DNA of 64,000 nt from Mobula hypostoma (lineage: Eukaryota), in the NCBI RefSeq assembly GCF_963921235.1, contig NC_086097.1:32800001-32864000 (forward strand), in the 5' to 3' direction. Positions 25,813 to 38,394 of this stretch are shown here, one piece after another. The number at the start of each line of letters is the position of its first letter. Position 1 is the stretch's first letter. Position numbers and translations under genes: made by a program. The notes under the pieces are model-generated. The model was given only the letters and a program-made list of their open reading frames with translations. It ran no database searches and was not told where the DNA came from.

Positions 25813-27836
25813 ACTTTTTTTTTGGCCCAGGAAGAATATAGAATTAATTTATTTGCTGATGACATTTTAGTATATTTGGCTGACCCGGCCAGCTCTTCGG
25901 TAAGACCTAGGGCCTTGCTGGACAATTATGGTATAGTCTCAGGATATAAAATAAATTGGAATAAAAGTGAAATTTTACCTTTAGGTAGAGGAGACTATGC
26001 CCAATATCAATATGGCACTCAGTTTAGATTGGTTAAATTCAACATGAAATATCTGGGGATTAAGTTTAATTGTAAGTTGGATGACCTTTATAAACTTAAT
26101 TATCTCCCCTTGCTGCGGAATGTCGAGGAGGACCTATGTAGGTGGATAAACCTTCCCATCACACTGATGGGCAGGGTAAACTGTATAAAAATGAAGATAA
26201 TGCCAAGACTTCAGTATTTTTTTTTTCAGTCTTTACCTACCCCATTATCCAATAAATTTTAAAAGATTCTCAATGGATATATTCATCTATTTTTATGGTT
26301 GGGTAAAATTTCTAGAATCTCAATTGAAAAATTGACCTGGGACTATAAATTGGGAGGGTTAAAATGGCCAGATTTTAAAAAATATTATTTAGCTGCACAA
26401 ACACATTTTATTGCTTTTTTTTTGATGAGACATATTCCTTCTTGGGCAACAATTGGCTTACATATGGTAGGAGAAGAGATGGCAGAAGAATTTATATATA
26501 AATGGTACTCCAAATTAATTAAAAAGAAAACAAACAATCCTTTATTGAGACATGCAATTTATATCTGGGGAAAAAATTAAACAATTTATGGGTCTAAAAA
26601 AGGAATGTCCTCAAAGACGCCTCTATCTCAGAACAGATTAATACCCATGACTTCGAGTAATAAATTTCTAGTCACCTAGTATCAGGCGCATTGAAGATTG
26701 TTATAATCAGCAGAAGCAATTTATGTCTTTTGAGGGACTTAAAAATAAATATAATTTATTTAATAACATGTTCTTCTGCTATCTTACGATCTTTTTTGAG
26801 GCCCTACCGAGGTGCTCAGACATGGAGATTCTAATTCGAAAGGGAAGTACAACTAAATTTATTTCTAATATGTATTCTTTATTCCAGGACCAATGCCCAA
26901 AGCTTGGTATGTACAAATCGAGGGAGAGATGGGAGTCAGATTTGGGCATTGTAATTGATCATCAATGTTGGTCACATCTATATTTGGATAGTGTTACCAC
27001 TGTTATCAACTCTAGATAGAGAATGAAACATTTTAATTTTTTTTTTTACATCAGTTGTATCTCACACCTGAAAAAATACATAAAAATAAACCAGAAATTT
27101 CTGACAAGTGTTTCAGGTGTGGCATAGATGTTGGTACCTTTCTGCATTCCACCTGGCTATGCACGAAAATGAGATCTTTTTGGATAGACCTGGGGGAGGT
27201 ACTGGGAAAGATTCTGGGGATGGATTTCCCTCTAGACCTAGAATCATTTCTTCTGGGGAACTTGGCAGTTTTGAAAGTTAACCTCCCCAGGAATAAGTGC
27301 AAATTTATTAAAATTGCGTTGTCAGTGGCCAGGAAATGCATAGCGGTAACATGGAAATCCGATTCCCTTGTACATATTGAACGTTGGAATAAAGAAATGC
27401 AAAGTTGTATACCCCTTGAGAAGATTACTTACACCCTTAGGAATGGATACACTATGTTCATTGAGATTTGGCAACCATATTCAGATTACTTAAGTGCCCA
27501 GATTGTTTCATTTATTTACTTTAATCTTTAAAAAATTAATAAATTCCTTATTATAAGCTAGTTTCTTTAATTTGTATTTTAAACTGACTCAGAGCTGGAT
27601 GCCTACTCTTTTTTCTTTTCTTTTTTCTTCTCTCCTTTCTTTCCTCTGTCTTTTATGTTTTTCTTCCCTCCCTCCTTTTTTCTAAATGCGGGGAGATGGT
27701 GTTGGGATAGGTGTTCTTTTTTCTCTTGGACTTATTAATGTATTTGAAATTAATTTTTTTTCAATATGTATTAATTGTATTAATTGAGTCCTTATATTTC
27801 TTCTTCAAAAAATTTAAATAAAATATAATAAAAAAA
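25813..27836 (+). mobile_element. L1-E: 5'-truncated L1-clade LINE of a different subfamily
   Basis: INLFADDILVYL..SGYKINWNKSE..CFRCGIDVGTFLHSTWLC; 3' aataaaatataataaaaaaa tail. Degenerate TSD containing aaatctttt at ~25804 / ~27844. Confidence 0.85.
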
Positions 27837-30500
27837 ATTGTTTAAATCTTTTTCAAGTCTACTTTCTCCTTGGTTATGTACAATTTTTAAGGATGCCTTA
27901 TTTGTAGGTAAATTACCACAATCTTTCTATGAAGCATCTATTTCTTTTAATTCCTAAAAAAGGTAAAGACCCCATTGAATGTGCATCATATAGACTTTGT
28001 TAAATGTGGACTCCAAAATTTTTTCAAAAATATTAGCAATTAGATTGGAAAATTGCCACAAATTGGCTCTGATGACCCGACAGGATTTATTAAAAATTGT
28101 TATTCGTATTTTAATGTTAGGAGGTTGATGAACATTGTATATACTCCTTCATCTAAAACTCCAGAATGTGTTATTTCGCTTGATGCCAAGAAGGCGTTTG
28201 ATCGAGTTGAATGGAAATATTTATTTAACATCCTTGAGAAATTCAATTTTAGCCCAAAATTCATATCCTGGATTAAATTGATATATCATACACCTTTGGC
28301 TTCTGTACTTACTAATAATCAGAGATCCCCCTTTTTTAGGTTTTTTCGAGGTACTAGACAGGGCTGTCCTTTAAGCCCTTTACTATTTTGATATTGCCTC
28401 GGAGCCCTTGGCAATCGCTCTTCATGATTCACCCGATATATTTGGCATTATTTGTGGGAATGAGACACATAAGGTATCATTATATGCAGATGACCTGTTA
28501 CTATACTTCTCTAATCCAGAGAAATCCATCCCTGCAGTAATATTACTACTTGCTCAGTTTAGTAGTTTTTCTGGTTATAAATTGAATCTTAAGAGCGAGC
28601 TTTTTCCATTAAATATGCAAGTTCCAATCGATAGACAATCACCATTTAGACTGGTTACTGATTATTTTACTTATTTGGGTGTTAACTTTAAATAGATCCT
28701 TATGCTTCTTAGTAATTTTAACTTTTTACCCTTCACTGATCATGTTAAACAACTGCTTACTAAATGGTCCCCATTGTTCCTATCATTGATTGGTCGAGTC
28801 AATGCTATTAAGATGATTATTTTACCTAAATTTCTGTATCTATTTCAAGCGACACCAATCTTCATCTCTAAATCCTTTTTTGATATTATTGATTCTAAAA
28901 TTTCTTCATCTATATGGCAGAATAAAAATCCTAGATTAAGTAAGAAATATTTACAGAAATCAAAAAAGGATGGCGGTTTGGCATTGCCGAACTTTAGATT
29001 CTATTATTGGGCAATTAATATTCGATACCCTAACGTTCTGGACACAAGATTTGGATGAAATTCAATGTCCACGATGGGTGAACCTCGAGAGCGAGCCTGT
29101 ACAGGGGTTCTCATTGGCTTCTATTTTAGGGGCTCTGCTTCCCTTTGCACTTACTAAACTGAATAAACAAACGGTTAATCCAATAACTAAACATACAATA
29201 CAAATATGGTTTCAATTTCGTTTAATTTTTTGGACTGAATAAATTTATCCTATCAAGTCCTATTATATCCAAATTTTGCTTCCAACCATCCAGAACTGAT
29301 CAAGCTTTTCTTTTTATGGAAAACGAAGGGAATAATAGGTTTTCGTGATTTATTCATGGATAACTGTCTCGTGTCCTTTGAACAGTTGTCTAATAAATAT
29401 AATTTGCCTGGATCACATTTTTTCAGAAATTTACAGATTAGAAACTTTTTGAAGGTTATTTTACCTACTTTTCTGATATCACATCAAACTGAAATTACAG
29501 AAAATATTTTAGGTTTAAACCCCTATCAGAAGAGTTTAATAGCAATTGTTTATGATTTAATTACAAAAATACGTTTAGGTATGTCTGATAAAATTAATGA
29601 ATGGGAAAGAGCACAGGTATCTTTACCCATAGAGAAATGGGAGAAAATTCTCCAACTAGCTAACACTTCTTCAATGTGTGCTAGACGACACGCTTTGATA
29701 CAGTTTAAGGTGGTTCATCGGGCCCATATGTCTAAGGATAAGTTAGCTCGTTTTTATGGTCATACAAATCCTGTCTGTAACAGATGTAATTCTGAGGTAG
29801 CTTCCTTGACACGTATGTTCTGGTCTTACCCTCTTTTGGAAAAATATTGGAAGGACATTTTTGATATTATTTCAGTAGATTTGCATATTGATTTACAACC
29901 TCATCCTATTACTGCAATTTTTAGGACTACCAATGATAGACTTTAGTCATTTATCCCTTTCAGCTGGTCGTTTGATTGCATTTGTAACATTAATAGCCAG
30001 AAGATCCATTTTACTTAAATGGAAAGATTCTAATCCCCTTGCTACATTTCAATGGTTTTCCCAAACTTTAACATGTTTAGACTTGGAAAAAAAATTAGGA
30101 GTGGTACCACTGACCCTTCGGTTAAATTTGAAGAAACGTGGAGGACATTTATTCAACATTTTCATATGATGTAAGCTGACCTTTTCCCAATCCTTTTTAA
30201 TTACTTTTTGTTTGTGTATAGAGGAGCGGTGGTAATGACAAATAATGATCTTAACCGATGAAATATGGCAGCCCAGTCTCTGTTTTGTCTTTTTTTTAGT
30301 GCAGGGGGTAAAAACTGTTTTTTGAATATTTTTCCATGCTCAGTTATTAAGAGATTGGGAGGTTTAAATTAAATATGTTACTTGGAGTCTGTGTCTGTAA
30401 ACAATAACCGTTATTAATGTAATCCCGGTCTCTTTGTATTATTATCATTGTTTTGTTTATCAATTTGAAACTCAATAAAAGAGACTGGAAAAGAAAGAAA
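27837..30500 (+). mobile_element. L1-A segment 3 (RT, C-terminal cysteine-rich domain, 3' UTR)
   Basis: GKLPQSFYEASI..SLDAKKAFDRVEW..GTRQGCPLSPLLF..LYADD..CNRCNSEVASLTRMFWS; ends aataaaagagactggaaaagaaagaaa abutting the Gypsy LTR remnant. Confidence 0.88.
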
Positions 30501-30683
30501 GGACCGTGTGTTCTAAGTTTTGCTCCAGTTTCAAGGTTTACCTATGAAACTCCGTCTGTGTCAAGGCTCCATGTCAAGATCCCTCCTGTTTGCTGTTCAA
30601 CGTTCACGTCCGCAAAAGCTTCCTAACACAATCTCCGTGCCTGTGTCCTGCACTTGGGTTTGCCTCATTCGCTCATTGCAACA
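30501..30683 (+). repeat. 3' LTR remnant of the sushi-type Gypsy element
   Basis: Close match to 5534-5695, ending ...cgctcattgcaaca; RTE sequence resumes directly after it. Confidence 0.88.
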
Positions 30684-31369
30684 AGTGAATGAGTATGTGA
30701 ATATCATGAGAGGAGTCAGGCAAGGTTGTGTCTTTTCGCCAGACTTACTCAACCTGTATAGTGAAAATATTTTAAGTATCTAAGACATCAAAGGATTCAC
30801 AATTGGAGACCATAATATAAGTAACATCAGATATGCTGATGACATCGTACTAATAGCTGACTCAGAAACAAAACTTCAAGAACTACTCACTATAGTGGCA
30901 GCAGAAAGTAATTGCAGAGGCCTCTCAATCAACACCCAGACGACAGAAGGCATGGTCATCTCCAAAAAGACAAACATCCCACAATGTGTGATCAAGATCG
31001 GAAATGCAAACATCAAATGAGTCAGCAAATTCAAATATCTTGGCAGCCTAGTAACAAGTGATGGCAGGTGCGACACAGATGTCAAATACAGAATAGCAAT
31101 GGTGAAAGAAACTTTCCAAAAAAATGAAGACCATAACAGACAAAAAGATGAGCACGTACGCTAAAAACAGAATACTGCAGTGCTACATTTGTTCTATCCT
31201 GACTTATGGAAGTGAATGCTGGACCATTTCCCCAGCAATGGAAAAGAGACTAGAAGCAGCTGAATTATGGTTCTACAGGAGAATGTCAAAAATATCATGG
31301 ACCACACACACATCAAATGAAGAAGTTCTCAGAAGAGCCCAAACAGTTCGATCACTCATACAGACAGAC
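30684..31369 (+). mobile_element. RTE-clade LINE, segment 3 of 3
   Basis: EYVNIMRGVRQGCVFSPDLLNLYSE..NIRYADDIVLIADSE..FKYLGS..LTYGSECWT..WFYRRM; ends cagacagac followed by the TSD attgaagta. Confidence 0.88.
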
Positions 31370-31378
31370 ATTGAAGTA

Positions 31379-31625
31379 GAATTTTGAGCTATCTACAAAA
31401 CATTGTGCATCATGTCAAAAGAAAAATTCCAAAATCTGAATAATTTGCTACAAATTAAAAACTAAAACAGAGAGGCTGAAAGAGTATTCATCCCCTTTGT
31501 AATTACTATGCTAATTTTCCATAGGTGCAATATATTACCTTACCAACTCATCCAATTTGTAGATGCAGAAAATTGTTTTCAAAAACTTCATAAGAATAAA
31601 TACCCTCTCCCTCTGAAAGGTCAAA
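31379..31625 (+). mobile_element. Tc1-like TIR continuation with inner direct repeat
   Basis: aaagagtattcatcccc (~31479-31496) resembles the outer aaaagtattcagccc at ~3496, as in IR/DR Tc1 elements. Confidence 0.5.
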
Positions 31626-31789
31626 CAGCACAGTGGGCAAATAGGTGGGGACTTAAGCTTTCAGCAGCTAAAATACAAGTATGTGTCTTACAAAGAGGAT
31701 TAAAAGTCTTACTCTTGATTTGAAATTATATAGTCAAACTCCTAAAGAGAGGTTGGTGATAAGATTCGCAGGCATATAGATGGACAACT

Positions 31790-32503
31790 CATCTACCTCT
31801 TCCACTTGCTGATTATTGATGATTACTGGTTGGAGGTTGAACACTTCCAACCTCCAACCAGTAATCATCAATAATCAGCAAGTGGAAGAGGTAGATGAGT
31901 TCACATACCTTGGGAGTAAAGTCAGCACTGATAAAGATAGTGGTAAGGATGTATTAGCAAGACTATCTAAAGCAAATCAAGCTTTTGGCAGCCTCAATGC
32001 AGTTTGGAAATCCACACAACTCAAACTTAACACCAAAATCAGAATTTTTAAAAGCAATGTCCGAAGCGTGCTACTTTATGGAAGAGAATGTTGGAAGATG
32101 ACAAAAGACATCTGCAAGAAACTCGACACGTTCCAGACAAAATGTCTATGACTTGTCAAGATAATCTTCTGGCCTAAGAAAATCAGAAACCAAGATTTGC
32201 TTACATCTTGCAATATGGAATCAATCTCAGCTTGTGTGAAAAGATGATGGAGACGGCTGGGCCATGTAATGAGAATGCTAAACGATCAACTAGCAAAAGT
32301 AGCACTAAGGTGGACCCCACAGAGAAAGCGAAGTAGGGGCAGGCCCAAAATAATGTGGAGAAGATCTGTGGAAGCAGAACTGAAAGAAGTAGGCACTAAC
32401 TGGATAACGGCGAGCAGCAGAGCAAACGACTGGCAGAAATGGAAGACCCTTGTGGAGGCCCCAAGTGCCACCTAGGCACGAAGGGTTCAGACGAGACGAG
32501 ATG
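31790..32503 (+). mobile_element. 5'-truncated RTE-X/RTE-like LINE with fold-back 5' end
   Basis: VEEVDEFTYLGS..TKIRIFKSNVRSVLLYG..LRWTPQRKRSRGRPK; 11-bp TSD gatggacaact at 31779-31789 / 32504-32514. Confidence 0.85.
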
Positions 32504-33092
32504 GATGGACAACTAGCTGACATGGAAGCACAATATCAGTAAAACAATTGATAAATATAAAGGACCATTAAATATTCTCAGGTGTCTACGTGGGTATTCT
32601 GGGGTGCTACAAAAAAAATCTTTGTCCACCATTTACGTTTGTTTAATTAGATCTGTTCTTGATTATGGCTGTGTGGCTTATTGGTCAGCTTCATCAACTT
32701 TGTAGTGTTTGCAAGTGATACAAGCACAGTCCTTAAAATTGTGTTGTGGTGCAATAAGGTTGCCCTCTGTTTTGGCTTTACCGGTTGAAATGGGACAATT
32801 ACCCTTACAATTGCGGAGACTGAAGATGATGTCAACATATTGGATTAAGTTGAGGGGCCAACGAAATAAGCATCCTATTAGGGGTGCGTTGGAGGACTGT
32901 TGGGAAGATTACAAGAAAAGTGTTTATAATTTTGGGTGGCTGGGTTCTTACCTTGCTAGGAATATGGGTTTGTTGGCTTATGCAATATGTCTTACTGTAG
33001 TCGTCTCGGTAACACCACTTTGGTTTTTTCCCCCCCAATGACTTTAGTTGATCTTAGGTTACACAATTTAATAAAGTCTAAGGATTCTGTTA

Positions 33093-33212
33093 TGCCTGTG
33101 TGTGTGTGTGTGTGTGTGCGTGTGTGTGCGTGTGTGCCTGTGTGTGTGTGCGTGTGTGTGCATGTGTGCCTGTGTGTGTGTGCCTGTGTGTGTGTGCCTG
33201 TGTGTGTGTGTG
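33093..33212. repeat. Imperfect (TG)n microsatellite
   Basis: Directly visible TG run with CG/CC interruptions. Confidence 0.97.
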
Positions 33213-33504
33213 TTGGTTCATCAATATATAAAGGAAAATTATAATGGCATGTTAACTATTCTTACAGATGGATCAAAAGATCATTTAACTGGAAATGTTA
33301 GTGTGGCTGTTTTTGTGTCTGAATTACAGGTACCGATAAAGAAATGACTTACTAGCCATTTATCCAATTATATACAGCAAGATTGGTCGCCATCATTTTA
33401 GGCTTACGGTAGGTAGAGGAAATCCATCTACATAAAATTATAATTTGTTCAGATTTCTTTTTAGTTTTGATGAGTCTTAAAACAGGCTACTCTAGCAGTA
33501 GGTT

Positions 33505-34285
33505 AGTGTTGGAAGCATTCAAGAAAAATGGCTACATTATGCACATAATTGAGAAAGGAATAGAGTAAAACACAACAAAGGCAACCTCCAGATAGAACCA
33601 TTATTGTGCCAAGCAGTAGCAGCCGAACTGAAAAGCTAAGATGAATTTTCCAAAAATATGGTGTCCAGTTAATAACAAAAAGTACAGACACAATTAGAAA
33701 AAAAGCAAGGCAAAGTGGCACCTAGAAGACCTAAAGAACTGTGCAAGGAAGGTGTGTACGCCATACCTCTATCACCGTGCCAAAAAGTATATATTGGTGA
33801 GCCTGAAAGGCCAGTAAAGACCAGGATAGCAGAACATAAGAGTGCCTTAATAACCTCGAGAGCAGACCGAAGAGGAGTCACTGCCTATCATGCTCATGTA
33901 GACCAAGGTTTGATGAGGCCAACATCCTTGGCAAGGAAGAGAATGCCTACAAGAGTAAGATTAGGGAATCACTAGAGATGGAGCATGTGGGGGACCTAAA
34001 TGTAGGTTCTAAGAGTGTCGCGATACCTCCAGTCTGGGACCACATATTCCTAAAGAGGGTTTTGGCCTAAAAAGCAAAAACAAAAAAGACAAATCAGAAC
34101 AAGGCCAATTCGGAGTAACCAATAGGTGAGTCAGATCCAGCCAGTCAGGATCAAGCATTAAGCCCCACTCATTTTTCTGCTCACTCATGAGGATATATAA
34201 GGAGGCCTCTCTAGGGGGACTTGTCATTTGACTAACTTGTGCCTAAGGAAGACGGTGAGTCTTCTGTTGAAATGTTGCAACCAGT
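33505..34285 (+). mobile_element. Penelope-like element fragment (GIY-YIG endonuclease and degenerate pLTR)
   Basis: EGVYAIPLSPCQKVYIGEPERPVKTRIAEH is a GIY-YIG signature. The 3' end cctaaggaagacgg...tgttgaaatgttgc resembles a decayed hammerhead core. Confidence 0.75.
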
Positions 34286-34899
34286 ATCTTTAAGTATGTG
34301 ACTGTTAAAGGATAGTATGGGTAGATCTTACTGTTGGAAGCTCAAACATTATTTTGTACTCAAAGTACTGGTTTATATGTTTGCTTTTTATGAGTCCCAG
34401 CACATAGAGGTGCCAATAGGAATAGGGAGGTTGACTGTTTAGCTAAGAAAACTTAAAGGTTCAACAGTGGATATAGACCTTTCACTTAGCCAATCAGAAG
34501 CTATGGGGTTGGTAGGGTTAAGAATTGGGGGCTAATGGCAAAACTTGTGGGAGAGTAAGAGATACCTATAGAGAATACATAAAACTGTTTCGTTTATGAG
34601 AGAAGGGGTTAAACAAGGGAAGGAACTATTTTGACACAACTTGGAATTGGGCATACTATGCTTAATTATTTAAAATATGTTAAATAAGATTAATACTGGA
34701 CTATGGGAGCATGGTATATGGATCAGCATCAGAGTATACTCAAGAAACATGCTCAATGCATTATTAAAAATGATAAATAACAGGATACTAATAATCAATG
34801 GCATAGAGTTAAATGAACTAAATTGATTAACTGAAGCAGAAATGGGTGTAGAAGGAATCAAATCTGGGAAAGATGGAAAGACTTCCTCCATCAAGGATT

Positions 34900-35985
34900 C
34901 TGAGTTGGACCCATGGTGCAAAGTTAAAGGGTCTGTGAGTACAAGGCAAATCCACGAGGGCAACAAGGAGGGGTGGAAGTTTTGGTGGTTTGCACCACCT
35001 ATAATGTGACCGTTTTAAGTGCAAACGAGTGGGACATGTTACTGCTTCTTATTGGGGGGGGGGTGGGACTACAGTGTGCAAAATGCGGAAGTGAACACGA
35101 GTATGGGATTTGTGAAGTTGGTGCAGAGGCAAGATGCCGCAACTGTGGGTGCTCAGTGCAACTTTAGGTAGGCTTGTATTACAAAAGGCTTAGGAAATTC
35201 AGAAGGTGATGATAGCACCTATTTCGTATGCTGAAGCTGCAAGATTTGATTCCTCGACATCTGATGGGTATCAGCTTAAAACAGACACAGGACTAGAGAT
35301 GGAGGAAGGCTGCACACGTAGAGTGTGGGAGGTGAGCATCTAGTGAGACATTGACTCTTAAAAATTAGATATTGCATTTCTACGTGCAATGGTTAATGGA
35401 ACAATACAGGTGGGAAAGAAATATGATGGATTCAGAACAGTGGTGGATGCAGCATCAAGGTATTTGGGTTCAGTGGGAATTACTGCAGAACAGGTACATG
35501 ACGTACTTCAGAGACATTTGGGGAATGATGGTTGAAGGAATGGGCTGGTGGTGGAGGGCGATTGTACACAGGGTGCTACACATTGACCTTCTTCGATCAA
35601 CTATCTGTTCTTCATTGGAATGTGAGAAGGCTTTGCCAAAGGACAAGAATTTAAAGTACATGCTTTAGGTTTTTGGTGTTCCCTTGAATGTTATTTGTGT
35701 ACAAGAAACTTAGTTGTGATCATATTTATTGTTTAAGATTCCAGGTTATGAGGCTGTGAGCTATGATAGACATATAGCTGTGGGGGGAGACTGTGCCACC
35801 TTTGTGAAGGAGGGCTTATTGTACAGAATTCTGCCTTCTCCAGGGAACACAGAATGCGTAGTTATTAAATTACTACATCCACAGGTTGGAATCATAATTA
35901 TGAACTTTTATAATCCAGGCCAGGAAGTGACTGTAGAAGGATTAGGGACAATAGTGGGCACTTATTCTGGTAAAATTATTCTGCA
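34900..35985 (+). mobile_element. Nimb/I-clade LINE remnant (ORF1 zinc knuckles and EN start)
   Basis: CAKCGSEHEYGIC..CRNCG, ISYAEAA; VICVQET..FKIPGY..GGDCATFVKEG..NFYNP. Confidence 0.6.
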
Positions 35986-35988
35986 CAT

Positions 35989-37142
35989 TGTAGTCGCACT
36001 GATACGCTATGAGTGAAAGATACAGGCCTTCGATGAGCTGCTTGAGCACGCCGCCAGTTGCCATGTTGGAGGCATCCACAGTGAGGACATTGGTGACCCC
36101 GACGGTTCAACGGCATTTGGAGCCAACATAAACAATTCGGTTCTGCAGAATGCAGTTTCCCTTAAACATGTCAACCTTCTGGACCACTCAACCCCTGGTC
36201 TGGTTTGAGCAAGTGGAGGCCCAGTTCCAGGTCAGGCAAATTGTCTCAGACGCCACCAAGTATTACTACATGGTGGGCGCCCTTGACCAGGAGACAGCGA
36301 GTCGCGTTATCGACTTTCTGTATCAGCCCCCGGCAGCAGACAGGTACAAGGCACTCAAGACCCTGTTAATCCGCACATTTCGCCTCTCCTGTTGTGAACG
36401 GGCCGTGTGGTTACTGCATATGGACGGCCTGGGTGACTGCGCACCATCAGTCCTGATGAGCGACATGCTAGCACTGGTAGACGGCCATAAGCCTTGCCTG
36501 CTGTTTGAACAGATCTTCTTGGAGCAAATGCCAGAAGATATCCGCCTCCTGCTAGCAGATGAAGACTTCAGAGACCCGTGTGGGGAAGCTGCTTGCGCGG
36601 ACGTGCTTTGGCATGCCAAACAAATGGGCGGAACCACCATCGGAATTAGTGCTGCGGCATGGCCGAAAGTCCAGCCCTCCCACACCCCAGCAGCGGAGCA
36701 CGTAACACCCACACCAAGGGACGGCACCACCTCTGAGCCTTGGTGTTTTTATCATCAAAGGTGGGGTTCCAGGGCCCGCCGCTGCCGACCGCCATGCTCG
36801 TTTCCAGGGAAACGCCAGGACCAGCCGTCACCGATGGCTACGGCGGCTGGTCACCGTGATAGCCTCCTCTATGTTTGGGACAAGCTCTCCGGGCGAAGAT
36901 TTCTGGTGGACATGGGGGCGGAAATCAGTGTCCTACCCCCCTCGAGCCACGATACCTGAACTAGAAGAGCAGGACCGGAACTTACGGCAGCCAACAGCAG
37001 CACCACCCGCACCTACGGCACAAGACCCATCCCCTTGCAGTTCAGTTCCAGCCGCTTTACATGGACATTTACGCTGACCGCTGTGTCACAGCCATTGCTG
37101 GGTGCGGACTTCCTCCACACGCACTGCCTGCTCATGGATTTG
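35989..37142 (+). mobile_element. Gypsy element, CsRn1-type gag-protease
   Basis: PBS TGGTGACCCCGACG (36091-36104); gag FW..QP..WFEQVEAQF..; C-X2-H-X9-C-X3-C (CFYHQRWGSRARRCRPPC); protease FLVDMGAEISVLP, LLGADFL. Confidence 0.82.
36091..36104 (+). promoter_or_regulatory. tRNA-Trp primer binding site
   Basis: TGGTGACCCCGACG is complementary to the 3' end of eukaryotic tRNA-Trp and follows ...ACA-T at the end of a short LTR remnant. Confidence 0.8.
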
Positions 37143-37613
37143 ATCCGGTGTCCCAAGAAGTCGATGGAGGATAGGCCGAACTGGCACTTGGCGGGGTTGA
37201 TAGCCAGGCCGTATTCACTTAGACGGCGGCAGAGCAGGTGTAGATGTGCTAGATGTTCCTGGCGGGAGTGGCTGGCGATAAGTATGTCATCCAGGTAGAT
37301 GAGCAGAAAGACCAGACCTTGCCCTATTGCATTCATCAAGTGCTGGAAAGTCTGCGCCGCGTTTTTGAGCCCGAACGGCATCCTGAGGAACTCAAACAGG
37401 CCAAAGGGGGTAATGAGGGCCGTCATCCGGGTGGACTGGGATCTGATGATACCCTCGGACCAGGTCCTGGATGTGCGGTACCGGATAGCGATTGGACGTG
37501 GTGGCGTTGTTCAGCCTCCGATAGTCACCGTACGGTCTCCACCCTCCCGCGGACTTGGGCACCATATGGAGTGGGGAGGCCCACGGGCTGTTGGAATGCC
37601 GCACAATCCCCAT
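37143..37613 (-). mobile_element. Gypsy RT domain, inverted relative to the adjacent gag-pro
   Basis: [62 protein letters not shown]...IDFLGH. Confidence 0.88.
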
Positions 37614-37651
37614 TGTGAGGGTGTGATTGGCTGAGACTACTACAATTTGAT

Positions 37652-38390
37652 GTCTTTTTTTTCCTTTTCAAGGTTCTTTTGAAGACCCTGACCTGGAGTT
37701 ATACTGACTTTTTCTTTTGCGGGAATGGGATCTGTTCTCAGGGCCTCACGACTGGCCGTTGTTTGATATCCCAAGGACACGGCCTGGATGATGATCATGC
37801 CTTCAGGGTTCCAGAATTTAATGGCTCTGGAGACGTGCTGATTCTCGGCCGGTGCCCCTGACTGAAGCATCACAGGAGAACACAGAACATCAGGAGCAGT
37901 GGGTTAGCTGCTGGGGTTGTGTTCCTGGACAGCTTGAGTCTTTCTGATGCCGACTCTCTAGGCACAGAGCTCAGAAAAAGCAACGCAACAGACTTTTAGC
38001 ATCGTAAATCGGCCAGTTGTCTGTTATGTCTCTCCTCTCACTGTGAAACAGAGACAGCTCTTTCTCCCTTATTAGGGAGGGAGAGAGCCTGTGGTATGTC
38101 AAATTACCGGGTGAATTAGTAGTTTATGGGGTACTGCAAGTCTGTGTCTTTACTGATGCTTTGCTGCACGCTTGAGTGGTTGGTGGAGGGTGCTGATGCT
38201 TTTTTTGCTGGTGGGGTTGGGTCGTTGCCTTGCTGCTGCTTTTGCATGGGGGGACTTTGGGGTTCTAGCATTTTAACTGTCATTTATTCTTTGGGGCACT
38301 CCTCTATTTTCGTGGATGGTTGTGAAGAAAAAGAATTTCAGGGTGTATATTGTATACATTTCTCTGACATTAAATATACCTATTACTTTG
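37652..38390 (+). mobile_element. Non-coding, probably non-autonomous retroelement, copy 1
   Basis: Shares blocks with 49281-50099 (accctgacctggagtta, ggcctcacgact, cccaaggac, gttgt..gttatgtctc, ggtggagggtgct, ctctgacattaaat). No coding signature. Confidence 0.55.
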
Positions 38391-38394
38391 TAAA

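Larger units (their letters stand above)
31628..34800 (+). mobile_element. Nimb/I-clade LINE remnant (RT C-terminus and RNase H), split by RTE-X, (TG)n and Penelope insertions
   Basis: WANRWGLKLS..; LIRSVLDYGCVAY; LALPVEMGQLPLQLRR; RNase H ILTDGSK and VPAH.G...N...D.LAK (~34390-34450). Confidence 0.7.

Noticed and set aside
32987..33347. Cys/Val-rich ORFs
   Set aside because: Translation of the (TG)n microsatellite.
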